Virus record (IMG/VR): IMGVR_UViG_3300043777_000073
Location: 1 to 62,033 of that record
Strand: one strand, 5' to 3'
From: a virus
Taxonomy: Duplodnaviria; Caudoviricetes
Length of the DNA: 62,033 bases
Part shown: one piece after another, positions 16,362 to 26,131 of the stretch
Layout: each line of letters starts with the position of its first letter
How positions within the stretch are numbered: position 1 is the stretch's first letter
The notes under the pieces: model-generated
Databases searched by the model: none
The model's input: the letters and a program-made list of their open reading frames with translations, nothing else
Told to the model about the DNA's origin: nothing
Translations under genes and position numbers: made by a program

Positions 16362-17733
16362 GCTTCGCACGACGGGCCTGCTCGACTTCGTTCCGCTGCT
16401 CAGCCCGCAGTGGGATAGTCCGAAGCACCTTGAGCCGCTCACGTCGCGCTTCGAGCGCGCGCTGATCGAACCGATTCGCTTTCTCTTCAGCGTCCCGCCG
16501 CAGCACGGCAAGACGGAGACGGTCGCCCACGGCATCGTCTGGACGATGCTGCGCGACCCTACTCGGTCGCACATCTACGTCACCTACCAGACCAAGCGAA
16601 CGCGCGAGGTCAGCATCCGAACCCGCCAGCTCGCTGAGCGCGCAGGGCTCCGGCCGGAAGGCACGCAAGACCTCTGGCGCCTGCCGGAGGGCGGGCAGAT
16701 AAGCTTCACCTCCTTCGACGGGCAGCTGGGCGGTACGCCCGCGTCCGGTCTCATCATCGTCGACGACCCGCACAAGAACCGGCAAGAGGCCGAGTCGTCA
16801 ATCGTACGAGAGCACGTCTGGAGCGAGTTCAACTCGTCGGTCATGACTCGTATGCACAATACGACATCGGTCGTGGTCATCCACACGCGCTGGACGACCG
16901 ACGACCTCATAGCGCGGCTCGAGAAAATCGACGACCCGATTGAGCCAGAGCGCAAGCTCTGGCCCTACACGAACCTGCCGGCCATAAGCGAGGCGGGCGA
17001 GCTACTTTGGCCCGAGCACAAGTCGCGGCGTCTCATCGAAGAGGCCCGGGCGCGAAACGAATACGCGTGGTGGTCGCTCTTCATGGGGCAGCCGAGACCC
17101 CCAGGCGGCACGGTCTTTCACGACGTGCAGTTCTATGACGAACTGCCCAAGACCTACCGCGTCGCCTTTGGCCTGGACCTCGCGTACACGGCGAAGACAC
17201 GCAGCGACTACTCGTGCGCGGTCGTGCTCGCCGAGAGCGGCGGCAACTACTACGTACTAGACGTCAAGCGGGCGCAGTGCCCGACGCCGGAGTTCGCCCC
17301 CAAGCTTCGGGAGATCAAGGCGTCGTACCCGGGCGCGCAAGGTCTCTGGCACACGTCGACGACGGAGCCGGGAACCGCGGACTTGCTCCGCGAAGTCCTC
17401 GGATTCCACATCCGCAGCGAGCTTGCGCGCGGTGACCCCTTCCAGCGCGCTCAGCCCGTCGCGGCAGCCTGGAACACACGCGAGGGGCATCCGGGCCGCG
17501 TTTTCCTTCCCCGCGACAGGCCGTGGGTCGAGGCGTTCGTGTCCGAGCTTGTGAACTTCACCGGGGACCCGAAGCGCCACGATGACCAGGTGGTCGCGCT
17601 GGCGTCCGCGTATCAACTGCTCTCGATGGGGCATGCGGAAGTGCCCCGAGCCTTCCCGACCAAGTTCACGAAGCAGACGGGCGGCGGCCCCGTGTTCCCC
17701 GAAGGCGGCAAGGGCGGAGGATTCGTCTGGTGA
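16327..17733 (+). CDS. terL: terminase large subunit
   Basis: Walker A PPQHGKT, Walker B LIIVDDP, HTRW, nuclease GLDLA...SDYS and HDDQV. The ORF is open from 16252; ATG 16327 chosen. Confidence 0.95.
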   Translation: MVAAAELERRRRLRTTGLLDFVPLLSPQWDSPKHLEPLTSRFERALIEPIRFLFSVPPQHGKTETVAHGIVWTMLRDPTRSHIYVTYQTKRTREVSIRTRQLAERAGLRPEGTQDLWRLPEGGQISFTSFDGQLGGTPASGLIIVDDPHKNRQEAESSIVREHVWSEFNSSVMTRMHNTTSVVVIHTRWTTDDLIARLEKIDDPIEPERKLWPYTNLPAISEAGELLWPEHKSRRLIEEARARNEYAWWSLFMGQPRPPGGTVFHDVQFYDELPKTYRVAFGLDLAYTAKTRSDYSCAVVLAESGGNYYVLDVKRAQCPTPEFAPKLREIKASYPGAQGLWHTSTTEPGTADLLREVLGFHIRSELARGDPFQRAQPVAAAWNTREGHPGRVFLPRDRPWVEAFVSELVNFTGDPKRHDDQVVALASAYQLLSMGHAEVPRAFPTKFTKQTGGGPVFPEGGKGGGFVW

Positions 17734-17930
17734 ATGACGTTCAGCTCGTGTGCACATGCGGTCGGCACTTCTACCACTACGCCACCAAGGCGTACGTCGC
17801 GCGCCTGTCCTCGGGCCTTGTCGTGCTCAAGCCTCACTCGTGGCCGCCGTGCGTGCAGAAGCTCGACGCCGAGCGGCTCGAGCGCGCCGAGGAGATCACG
17901 CGAGACGATCTGCCCGCGGTGCTCAAGTGA
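17730..17930 (+). CDS. hypothetical protein
   Basis: GTGA-coupled to terL. Confidence 0.55.
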   Translation: MNDVQLVCTCGRHFYHYATKAYVARLSSGLVVLKPHSWPPCVQKLDAERLERAEEITRDDLPAVLK

Positions 17931-18436
17931 GCAACCTCGCGCCGTACTCGCCGCAGTTCCGTGTCCGAACGGATGCGTGGGGAAAAGATGAGACGAAGCC
18001 GGCGACCCCCGTGGTCGCGAGGCAGCCGGTCATAGATTGGATCAGGGCGAACGCGCCGGACCTTCGGCTTGGAAAACTCGCCAGCTGTGAGCATTGGAAC
18101 GAGACTGAGAAACGCAGCGAGCGCTTCGAGCATCGCCGCTGCATTGCGGCGTTCACATTCGACGGAGAGCGTTTCAACCTGGTCTCGTGCGCTGGCGTAG
18201 CCGAGGATCCAGACGATCACGTCATCCGACTTTGCGAGGATGCGCTGCGCAAGGCGATGAAGATCGAGGCCGCCCAGGGCCGGCCGCGTGAGCCCGGACT
18301 CGAGCAGCAGGTCATCGAAGCGGAACTCCAAGGCGACGCTTCCGAAGTGGCCAGACTGACGCAGCTTCTCATCGGCGGCCAACCCCGCGATCCAGATCGG
18401 TTTCGACCGATACCAATTCGACAGCGACAAGTGTGA
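17927..18436 (+). CDS. hypothetical protein
   Basis: GTGA-coupled ORF. Confidence 0.6.
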   Translation: MSNLAPYSPQFRVRTDAWGKDETKPATPVVARQPVIDWIRANAPDLRLGKLASCEHWNETEKRSERFEHRRCIAAFTFDGERFNLVSCAGVAEDPDDHVIRLCEDALRKAMKIEAAQGRPREPGLEQQVIEAELQGDASEVARLTQLLIGGQPRDPDRFRPIPIRQRQV

Positions 18437-18473
18437 AAACTAGAAGGCCCCAGCCCATCGCTGGGCCAGGGCC
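18436..18473 (-). terminator. hairpin with T-rich tail closing array 2
   Basis: Minus strand ggccctggcccagcgatgggctggggcc-ttctagtttt, at a convergent junction. Confidence 0.55.
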
Positions 18474-18476
18474 GTC

Positions 18477-18786
18477 TCCTTGCATCACGTCGCGCTACCA
18501 CGCTCAGCAGAGCACTGGCATAGGACGCAGGACCGTGCCACACGAGAACCAGCCACGCCGTGCGCGACCCCGCGCTGCCGGAGCTTGCGCCTGATTGATA
18601 GTTCCCGCCCGAGCCTTCCGACGCGAACGGGAATCCTTGGATTGCATTGCCTGGCCGGACCCGACGACGGCCCAGGGCGCAAGGCCGCACGCGGCGTCGA
18701 CCCGCCACGCAGTGCCGAACCTCGGATGGCATCTCATTGCCGAGCGCCGCGAAACGACACCTGGCGAAGCCCGGCACAGCGCTGCC
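18477..18786 (-). ncRNA. 5-nt-periodic array (NGY-NN)n downstream of RAMP-like gene 2 (putative guide-RNA array 2)
   Basis: 30 in-register pentamers 18786-18637 and 20 in-register pentamers 18579-18480; each run ends CAAGGA. Confidence 0.8.
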
Positions 18787-18791
18787 CTAAT

Positions 18792-19409
18792 TTATTCAGC
18801 CGCCGCCGAATGCTCGACGCGGTCCCACCGCTCGACGACGAACTTCCCGAAGACCCCCTTGCGGGCAGGGCGAAAGTCGCAGAGGCCGACTCGTTTCCCA
18901 GCGAGGTCCCATAGCTGCCGGATCGTATTCTCGCCGATCTCGGCATCGTCTAGTTCGATGCGTACGTGGAACGCCCAGCGGTCAAACCGAGGGCGCACGA
19001 TGCAGACCGCTTCGTTGCCGTTCGGGTTGACCCCCTTACGGACGTCGGGCTCCCAGGCGACCGCCTTTTTATCGTTGTCGGGGTCAACGAGCGGCAGCGC
19101 GAAATCCAGCATCGACATGAGTCCCGGCAGGATGGTCGACTTGCCAGTGCTGATCTGCCGCTTCGCGTCGAGGCGCACGAACACGCCTGCCGCAATGAGG
19201 CACGCCATCAGATTCTCACCGGGCAGCATCGGCTTCCCGTCGTGCAAATATAGCTTCGGCTCCGCATCTTCGCGCGGCGTGCGGACATGTCCAATGTCCT
19301 TCGCCTTTGGCTCCTTGACCTTCGTCCTAAGTTTTTCGAGGACGTTGTCACCGACTCGGTTCATGAGTAGTGGCGACGTTCCTCTGCACTTCACTCGAAT
19401 CAACAACAT
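18792..19409 (-). CDS. solitary Cas7/RAMP-like protein (Vipr-like), copy 2
   Basis: IRVKCRGTSPLLMN, LPGENLMACLIAAG, VRPRFDRW, AGKRVGLCDFRPARKGVFGKFVV. Confidence 0.82.
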   Translation of the reverse strand: MLLIRVKCRGTSPLLMNRVGDNVLEKLRTKVKEPKAKDIGHVRTPREDAEPKLYLHDGKPMLPGENLMACLIAAGVFVRLDAKRQISTGKSTILPGLMSMLDFALPLVDPDNDKKAVAWEPDVRKGVNPNGNEAVCIVRPRFDRWAFHVRIELDDAEIGENTIRQLWDLAGKRVGLCDFRPARKGVFGKFVVERWDRVEHSAAAE

Positions 19410-19423
19410 GACGAGCCCTTCTC

Positions 19424-19491
19424 CCCATATTTCGGGGTGCCGTGGATAACGATGCGCTGAACTACAATGCCAAGCCGTGCGAAGGCTGGCC
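19424..19491 (-). ncRNA. leader 5-nt-periodic unit upstream of RAMP-like gene 2
   Basis: ggcca gcctt cgcac ggctt ggcat tgtag ttcag cgcat cgtta tccac, then a cccc-gaaatat-gggg hairpin. Confidence 0.65.
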
Positions 19492-19667
19492 TACTCGTCT
19501 TTGACTTTTCCCTCCCCATGCCGCCTCCGATACTCCGCACGGACCATCCGTCGGAGCACGTCGGCCTTCTCAGTGCCGTCGATATCCGCCAGTAACGCCA
19601 GCATTCGCGTCTCATCCGTGGAAAGACAGAGCGTGAATCTGAAGGGGCGGCGGGCGATGCGAGGCAT
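19491..19667 (-). CDS. ribbon-helix-helix-like small regulator (58 aa, below the ORF-track cutoff)
   Basis: Hand translation: MPRIARRPFRFTLCLSTDETRMLALLADIDGTEKADVLRRMVRAEYRRRHGEGKVKDE. Confidence 0.65.
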   Translation of the reverse strand: MPRIARRPFRFTLCLSTDETRMLALLADIDGTEKADVLRRMVRAEYRRRHGEGKVKDE

Positions 19668-19885
19668 GCGGATTAGCTACGCCAACACATGCGGACAGTC
19701 AACGGAAAAGAGATGAAACAGCAAGACAAGCCGGCGCCATCGCGCAGGCCACGACATGGCACGCGTCGCGGACCGGCCCCCGAGGTCATCATCCGGCCGC
19801 GCCGGCACTACACGGGCGCGACGGGAGCGAGCATCGGGGACCTTCCCGAGCGCGCCGAGTTCGATCGCGGGAGCCGCGTCATCAA

Positions 19886-20083
19886 GTGACCCAGCCGACG
19901 CAGGCGCAGCTCGACTACGTCGAATGGGCGTCGCTCTGGCCGCTCGACAAGCCCGAGCCGCATCTCCCCTACGGCACCCGCTGGCGCTACTTCCGCAGCC
20001 TCTACAACGCGCCCACCCTGACGGGCCTCTTGCTCGGCGTCTTCCGTACGCCCTGGATGCAGGAGCGCCTCGCCGCCACATGA
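19886..20083 (+). CDS. hypothetical protein
   Basis: Coupled small ORF. Confidence 0.5.
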   Translation: MTQPTQAQLDYVEWASLWPLDKPEPHLPYGTRWRYFRSLYNAPTLTGLLLGVFRTPWMQERLAAT

Positions 20084-20316
20084 CTGCCGAACAGAAGCTC
20101 GCCCTCATCAAGCGGCACGCACCGAGCTTCAAGCTCGAGCCCTACCAGTACGGTGGCTCGCACGGATGGTGCGCGACCGTCAAGATCAACGGCAAGCCCT
20201 ACGAACTCAGCGAAGTCGGGCCGGCGAAGTTCTCGGACAGAATGCGAAGCAACATCATCCAGTGCGTCTTCGAGGACGACCGGGTCGTACCTCGCCACGC
20301 GAGGCTGAGCGCCTGA
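20080..20316 (+). CDS. hypothetical protein
   Basis: ATGA-coupled, high GC3. Confidence 0.6.
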   Translation: MTAEQKLALIKRHAPSFKLEPYQYGGSHGWCATVKINGKPYELSEVGPAKFSDRMRSNIIQCVFEDDRVVPRHARLSA

Positions 20317-20684
20317 TGCGTCCAAGCTTCCACAAGTCGTCTGGCTTCAGTGGCACCATCCCCGTTCGTCTCGAGGGCGCACCGGACGGGCCTCTCGCAA
20401 ATCAGACGATGTTCCGAGGCGTCAAGGACTTCGAGCACGCGACCCTGTCGCGGGCATTCGGACTGGACCCAGCAACTTTCTGGTTCGACGTGGCGTCGAC
20501 GGCGCGGGGCATCGGCTCGAACACGGGCTCACATTCGGGACGCCGTGGGACGATCGACGGCTTCGTCTTCTGGGGCGAGTACGGACGCCCGGTCGCCAAG
20601 CTGCGTGTCATCTGGCCAGGCGAGAAGCTCTGGGACTCCGACCCCGGCAGCCGCGCAGACTTCGAGAGGCTCGACCACTCCTGA
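20316..20684 (+). CDS. hypothetical protein
   Basis: TGATG-coupled. Confidence 0.55.
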   Translation: MRPSFHKSSGFSGTIPVRLEGAPDGPLANQTMFRGVKDFEHATLSRAFGLDPATFWFDVASTARGIGSNTGSHSGRRGTIDGFVFWGEYGRPVAKLRVIWPGEKLWDSDPGSRADFERLDHS

Positions 20685-20875
20685 TGTGTGAGCGCGCGAC
20701 GGAGCAGCAGCGCAACGAATTTGCGGAGGCGCTCAAGCGATTGGGAACCGAGAGCGTCATACCTCTTGACGAGGTCGACGCCACCGCACCAACGACGTCC
20801 ACGAAGGATCACGAGGCAGGCACGCCATAACCGGCGGCCCGCCCACCTGGGGCCGCGCACCAGGGAGATGTTTCG

Positions 20876-21325
20876 ATGAACTCGTCAATCGCAGCAGCCA
20901 ACAAGCACAACGCGACGCAGTACCTCACCAAGTACGGCTGCATTGCGGCCCGCATCGGCACCAACCACATGGTCAAGCTTCGGGTCGATTGGACCTCGGA
21001 GCAGGGCCGGTCGTTCCGCAAGGGCACCAACGTCCAGCTGACGTGCCTGGACATCACGCGCCACCCCGAGCTGACGAAGACCAAGGGCCTGGTCACGTGG
21101 CACTGCGTCTACTGCCGGCAGGACTGGGAGTCGAAAGAGGAACTCATCGCCGCGCATCCCGACAACCGAATCCTCGCCAAGCAGCTCGAGACGCACCTCT
21201 ACTACGCGACGGCGCAGCGGGCCGCGAGCGCAGGCAAGCCGGCCAAGCACGATGGCAACAAGGTCGTCGCCGAGGCCGTCGAGGCGGTCGAGTCGGTCTG
21301 CGCGCTATTGAGCGATGAGGAGTGA
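20876..21325 (+). CDS. hypothetical protein
   Basis: High GC3 ORF with a CxxC...H motif. Confidence 0.65.
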   Translation: MNSSIAAANKHNATQYLTKYGCIAARIGTNHMVKLRVDWTSEQGRSFRKGTNVQLTCLDITRHPELTKTKGLVTWHCVYCRQDWESKEELIAAHPDNRILAKQLETHLYYATAQRAASAGKPAKHDGNKVVAEAVEAVESVCALLSDEE

Positions 21326-21360
21326 AAGAAGACTTTTTCGATAGGTAGGGCGCACCCGAT

Positions 21361-23289
21361 ATGGCAAACGTAGGTGCACCCAACGGAGGCGGCTGGACGA
21401 ATGGCCCTCAGCCTAACGGCGCGGCCGTTGGGCCGGCGCGCGGCGCGCAGGGTGCCGGAGGCAATCTCCTCATTGACCAGTTTGGCAACTGGCTGCCGCC
21501 GACCAATGACCCAGCGTTTCAGCCGCCAGGCAACCCGCTAAGGGACATCGAAGCCGCCAAGGGGCGCGCGAAGGTCATCCACCGGGAGATCCCCAACGTC
21601 GTCGTCGAGACGGGCTGGAGCCCGGGCTCGATCCGTTCGGCGCTCATGGATCTGGTCGTCGGCGTCTTCGACCGACCGAGCCAACTTCACGAGAGCATCA
21701 TGGCGGACTCGCGCGTGCAAAGCGCGATGAAGTCTCGGAGCGGCGGGCTTCTGGGCCGCGCCATTCGGTTCAAGGTCCCCAAGCGGTTCAAGGACGACCA
21801 GCGCGCGATCGACTGCCACGGCTCGTGGGAGCGGCACTGGCCCGCCATGCACGCGGAGCCCGCGCTCCTGCAGCTGCTCGAGACCGCGCACTCGCTCGGG
21901 TTCTCCTACTCGCAGATCCTATGGGACACGAGCAAGCGCGTCTGGAAGCCGTACCTCGTTCCGTTCAACGCGCGCTACTGCTACTACCACTGGACGCTGC
22001 GCACGCACGTCGCGGTCACGCTCGACGGGCAGATGCCCATCACCGGCGGCGACGCCCACTGGGTGCTGCACGCTCCCTACGGCAGCTACCGCGGCTGGAT
22101 GTTCGGGGCGCTTCGCGCCATCGCGCAGTGGTATCTCGCGCGAAACTACGCGCTCAGGGACTGGGCTCGGTACTGCGAGCGCCACGGCTTCCCCATCCCG
22201 CTGGCCGACACGCCGTTCGGAGCAGACCCGCAAGACATCCTCGCGTATCAGCTTCAGCTCGCAAACCTCGGACAAGAGTCCGTCATGCAGCTGCCGGGCT
22301 CGGTCGACGTCAACAAGTACGGCAAGTACGACCTCCGGTACCTCGAGCCCAAAGACGACAACTGGCAGGCGTTCAAGGCGCTCATCGAGCAGTGCAACGA
22401 CGAGATCACTCTCTCGCTGCTCGCCCAGAACCTCACGACTCAGGTCAAAGAGGGAAGCTTCGCGGCCGCCCGCGTGCACGCCGACGTGCGCCAGGCGCTG
22501 CTCGAAGCCGACGCTCGGGCGCTCGCCAAGACGCTTTACGTCCAGGTCGCACGCCCGTTTGCGGCGCTCAACTTCGGCGACGCCAACCTCGCTCCCGAGA
22601 TCACGTGGGACGTCCGGCCGCCGGAAGACCTCAAGACCAAGGCGGAGACGTTCGAATCGCTCTGCGTGGCCATCGCGCAGATGCGCATGGCCGGCATCAG
22701 GCTCACGGACGTCGAGCGCTTCGCACGTCGCTTTGGCATCATCGGCATGCAGGTCGAGGACATCAACCCACTGCAGGTCGAAGCCAAGCTCGCGCAAGCC
22801 ACGGGCAAGGTCGAAGCTGGCGGCGACGCCGAGCCAGTCGCAGACGACGAAAAGAAGAAAAGCAAGAAGTCCGACAAGCAGAACGAGGGCGAAGAAGGCA
22901 AGGGCGAAGAGGCTGTGGCATCTCGCTCGGAGCAGCGCCGCGTCGAACGCCGTCGCACAGCGCGCATGGTCACCAAGGCCACGCGCCGTGCGGCCCGCTC
23001 GGTGATTGCCCCCGCTCTCGAAGTCGTCGAGGCCCAGACGCGAGAGACCGCCGAGCGCCTCGCAGCCTTCGGTGCGCAGCTCGCAGAGCTTGCCGCGAAA
23101 GAGCCGCCTCCTCCCCCGCCGGCGCCAGAGCCACCACGTGAGCCGGAATTGACCTTTGCCCAGCGTAACGCCGCATTCCTCGCCGACCTCAAAGAGATGC
23201 GCGACCTCGGACTCAAGACCGACAGACTAGCCATCGAAGCCCTCGCCGAGCAGCATGGCGTGCCTGCGCCCGAATCTGAGGACGACTGA
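21361..23289 (+). CDS. portal protein (Mu gp29 / DUF935-like) with long C-terminal extension
   Basis: DWARYCERHGFP, LIEQCNDEITLSLLAQNLTT..GSFAAARVHADVR. Confidence 0.9.
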   Translation: MANVGAPNGGGWTNGPQPNGAAVGPARGAQGAGGNLLIDQFGNWLPPTNDPAFQPPGNPLRDIEAAKGRAKVIHREIPNVVVETGWSPGSIRSALMDLVVGVFDRPSQLHESIMADSRVQSAMKSRSGGLLGRAIRFKVPKRFKDDQRAIDCHGSWERHWPAMHAEPALLQLLETAHSLGFSYSQILWDTSKRVWKPYLVPFNARYCYYHWTLRTHVAVTLDGQMPITGGDAHWVLHAPYGSYRGWMFGALRAIAQWYLARNYALRDWARYCERHGFPIPLADTPFGADPQDILAYQLQLANLGQESVMQLPGSVDVNKYGKYDLRYLEPKDDNWQAFKALIEQCNDEITLSLLAQNLTTQVKEGSFAAARVHADVRQALLEADARALAKTLYVQVARPFAALNFGDANLAPEITWDVRPPEDLKTKAETFESLCVAIAQMRMAGIRLTDVERFARRFGIIGMQVEDINPLQVEAKLAQATGKVEAGGDAEPVADDEKKKSKKSDKQNEGEEGKGEEAVASRSEQRRVERRRTARMVTKATRRAARSVIAPALEVVEAQTRETAERLAAFGAQLAELAAKEPPPPPPAPEPPREPELTFAQRNAAFLADLKEMRDLGLKTDRLAIEALAEQHGVPAPESEDD

Positions 23290-23723
23290 TGGGTGGCGTC
23301 ATCTTCAACTGCACCAAGGCCATGTTCGCGGGTGACACCGACTGGTCATCGCCCGCGCAGACGTACAAGGCGCTGCTCGCGACCGACGACTACGTCCCGA
23401 AGGCGTCACATCGTCGAGTGACCGACGTCGAAGGCGAGCTGTCCGGCAAAGGCTACGAGCGGCAGACGCTGCACGGTCGAAGCATCATCGCGAACGAAAA
23501 GGACGGTCGCGCGGACTGTCACGCGGAGGCGTTGACCTTTGGCAAGCTCTCGACCAAGGAGTCGTATCGCTGGCTGGTCGTCTACCGCGAGCGCGACAGC
23601 GACGCGCGCTCGGAACTCGTGTGCGCCGTCGACATGGACGGCGTCTCGCTCGCCGGCATCAGCGAGCACACCATCCGGTGGGACGGCGAAGAGAAACAAG
23701 GACGAGTCTTCTCGCTCCGATAG
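23289..23723 (+). CDS. putative virion protein
   Basis: TGATG-coupled to the portal; YKALL...ELSGKGYERQTL. Confidence 0.65.
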   Translation: MGGVIFNCTKAMFAGDTDWSSPAQTYKALLATDDYVPKASHRRVTDVEGELSGKGYERQTLHGRSIIANEKDGRADCHAEALTFGKLSTKESYRWLVVYRERDSDARSELVCAVDMDGVSLAGISEHTIRWDGEEKQGRVFSLR

Positions 23724-23737
23724 GAAACACCCGCACA

Positions 23738-24595
23738 ATGAGCAACTGCCTCTTCGGTCTAGGTCGCAACGACTTTCTGACCAAGCAACTCAACTGGACC
23801 AGCGACACCAACAAGGCGACGCTGCTCTCGATGGCCACGCAGGCCGGCAAGATCTACCTCGTGACCGGCGCGACCAATGCGTCGCCCATCGTGCTCAGCC
23901 TCACGTCGACGACCGGGATCACGACGGGCGACATCGTGGTGGTCGGCGGCGTCGGCGGAAACCTCGCAGCGAACGGGACCTGGCAGGTCGGCACCGTCGT
24001 CGCCAACACGTCGATTCAGCTTCTCACGCGCCTCGACGGGAATAACTCGACCGGCAGCGGCGCCTGGACATCCGGCGGATGGATCATCGACGTCTCGAGC
24101 GCAGCGGTGCTGTCGGACGTCTCAGGCAACACTATTGGGACCGACGTCTCGCTCTCGGGCGAAAGCGCCACGCTGGGCGTCGCCAACGCGAGCGCCTGGA
24201 CGTGGACTGGCCTCACGGCGACCCAAGCATGGGCCGTGGCCGTCTACAGCAGCACGGCGTCGAACGACCTCATCGCATTCTACGACGGGACCTATCAGGT
24301 GTACGTCATCACGCAGGCAGCCGCGAGCGCGACCGCCATCGCCGTCGCGCGGCTGTCGGTCCAGATCCCGACGGGATCCACGCTCGTCTTCTCGGACGGC
24401 TCGAGCGCCACCCTGTCGGCACAGGCCAACGTGGGGGACACATCGCTTGCGGTCACTTCGCTTGCGGCAATCGTGCATCGGCAGGCCACCGCCGACGTCA
24501 CGACGCTGGCGGCTGGCTTGCCGGTGACGCCGGCCTCTGGCGGTTCGCTGCAATTCACGCCTTCGAGCGGTGTCAACAAGCTCTTCGCGCTGTAG
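23738..24595 (+). CDS. putative virion protein with an E1-FCCH-like beta module
   Basis: VTGATNASPIVL...TGDIVVVGGVGGNLAANGTWQV. Confidence 0.7.
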   Translation: MSNCLFGLGRNDFLTKQLNWTSDTNKATLLSMATQAGKIYLVTGATNASPIVLSLTSTTGITTGDIVVVGGVGGNLAANGTWQVGTVVANTSIQLLTRLDGNNSTGSGAWTSGGWIIDVSSAAVLSDVSGNTIGTDVSLSGESATLGVANASAWTWTGLTATQAWAVAVYSSTASNDLIAFYDGTYQVYVITQAAASATAIAVARLSVQIPTGSTLVFSDGSSATLSAQANVGDTSLAVTSLAAIVHRQATADVTTLAAGLPVTPASGGSLQFTPSSGVNKLFAL

Positions 24596-24600
24596 CCGCA

Positions 24601-25728
24601 ATGAGCAATCAGATCGTCCCGCTCTCGACCTCGCCGAACGCAGCCGACGGCAGCTTCTCGGTATCGGGCGTCTTCTGGCTCGCGGTGCCGGCCAACAACG
24701 TCGTGCCGTTTCCCGGTTTCGTGAGCCGCGTTCCGTTTATTGACCAGGCGACGCTCACGGCTCTGCGTGCCGGGACGCTCGTCGAACAGGGATTCACGTC
24801 GCAGCTCTTTGCGTCCGGCACGAGCCTCGCGACCGTGCAGGCCGCGCTCGTCACGGCGTACGGCACGGCACAGGCAGCACTGACGGCCACGGCTTCGCCG
24901 CTCTCTGGACTCGTCGCGAGCGAGTACACTGGCTCGGCCTGGGTCGCGGTCGCTTCGGGCCTGGTCGTCTTCGACCCGACGCAGAAGCTCATCGCGGACA
25001 TCTCGTGGGCGGCGGCGGCCGGACTCGTCCCGGGCGTCACGTCCGGGCGAGCCACCGGCTACTGCTCGACGTCGGCCATTGCGAACAAAATGATCAACGC
25101 GACGACCTACACGCCGCAGGGGACCAACGCGCAGCGCAGTCTTGTCTCGACGAATGCGAACGATTCGGCCTCCGGGACCGGCGCGCAAGAGGTCACCATC
25201 ACGTACCTCGACGCCGCCTTCGCGGTCCACACCGAGGTCGTGACGCTCAACGGCACGACGCCCGTCAACACGGTCGGGACCAACTACGCTTACGTCGAGA
25301 GCATGGTCGTCACGCAGTGCGGCTCGGCCGGCTCGAATCAGGGGACCGTGGAGCTTTTCACCGGGCTCGCCGGAGCCGGGACCGCGTGGTGCTCGATCGC
25401 GTTCAATTCTCCGTCGGGCGACAATCAGACCTTCCTCTGCCACCACTACGTCCCGGCCGGCGTCACTTGCTATATCCTGTCGATGGAATGCGCCGGCTAC
25501 TCGGTGCTCGCGACCCAGTATCTCGCGCACATGGGCAACCCGTCCGCGACCAACCTGCCGTGGGTGCAGATCGGCCCGACGGTGCTGCACCCCGCTGGCG
25601 ACTATCGCGAGCACGACTTCGACGTGGCGCTCGCGGTCCCAGGGCCGGACCTGATCCAGCTCTGGACGCGGCCGGTCTCTGCTACGGCCAACACCGAACT
25701 CGGCAACTTCGAGTACATCCAGTTCTGA
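24601..25728 (+). CDS. putative virion protein
   Basis: T/S/G/A-rich ORF in the late operon. Confidence 0.7.
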   Translation: MSNQIVPLSTSPNAADGSFSVSGVFWLAVPANNVVPFPGFVSRVPFIDQATLTALRAGTLVEQGFTSQLFASGTSLATVQAALVTAYGTAQAALTATASPLSGLVASEYTGSAWVAVASGLVVFDPTQKLIADISWAAAAGLVPGVTSGRATGYCSTSAIANKMINATTYTPQGTNAQRSLVSTNANDSASGTGAQEVTITYLDAAFAVHTEVVTLNGTTPVNTVGTNYAYVESMVVTQCGSAGSNQGTVELFTGLAGAGTAWCSIAFNSPSGDNQTFLCHHYVPAGVTCYILSMECAGYSVLATQYLAHMGNPSATNLPWVQIGPTVLHPAGDYREHDFDVALAVPGPDLIQLWTRPVSATANTELGNFEYIQF

Positions 25729-25738
25729 GGGCCCCTCG

Positions 25739-26131
25739 ATGAGCGTCCCCGCAGGTACCCGGCAGATCATCCCGATCGATCAATCGCTCTCGGGCGGCAA
25801 CCTGCTCGTGCGGGTCGTCTTCTGGATCGTCCCGCCGAGCAACCGCATCACGCTCCCGTCCTCCAGCGTCGCGAGCAGCGTGCCGTCGGTCAACGCCGTC
25901 CCGGCGTGGGGCATCACGGCGGCGGAACTTCAGCTACTCCAGAGCGGGCAGCTCGTCGAGCAGGTCACGCAGGTCCAGATGGCCGCCGCGGGGCAGACGC
26001 AGGCGAGCGTCTGGGCGACGCTGCTCACGGCCTACAACGCGGCTCAGGCGGCGTATTCGGCGGCGGTCTCGTCAATCGCCGGCATCGTCGGGTCGAACTA
26101 CAACGGCACGGCGTGGACCGCGGGGCCGTAG
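25739..26131 (+). CDS. putative virion protein, paralog of the N-terminus of 24601-25728
   Basis: Shared VFW...S.VP...L..G.LVEQ...L.TAY..AQAA...Y.G.AW. Confidence 0.7.
   Translation: MSVPAGTRQIIPIDQSLSGGNLLVRVVFWIVPPSNRITLPSSSVASSVPSVNAVPAWGITAAELQLLQSGQLVEQVTQVQMAAAGQTQASVWATLLTAYNAAQAAYSAAVSSIAGIVGSNYNGTAWTAGP

Noticed and set aside
18480-18579. Decoded array-2 unit resembling the portal segment LSLLAQNLTTQV
   Set aside because: Only about 6 of 13 dinucleotides match, and the changes hit conserved portal residues. This is chance level and shows the false-positive risk of decoding by eye.
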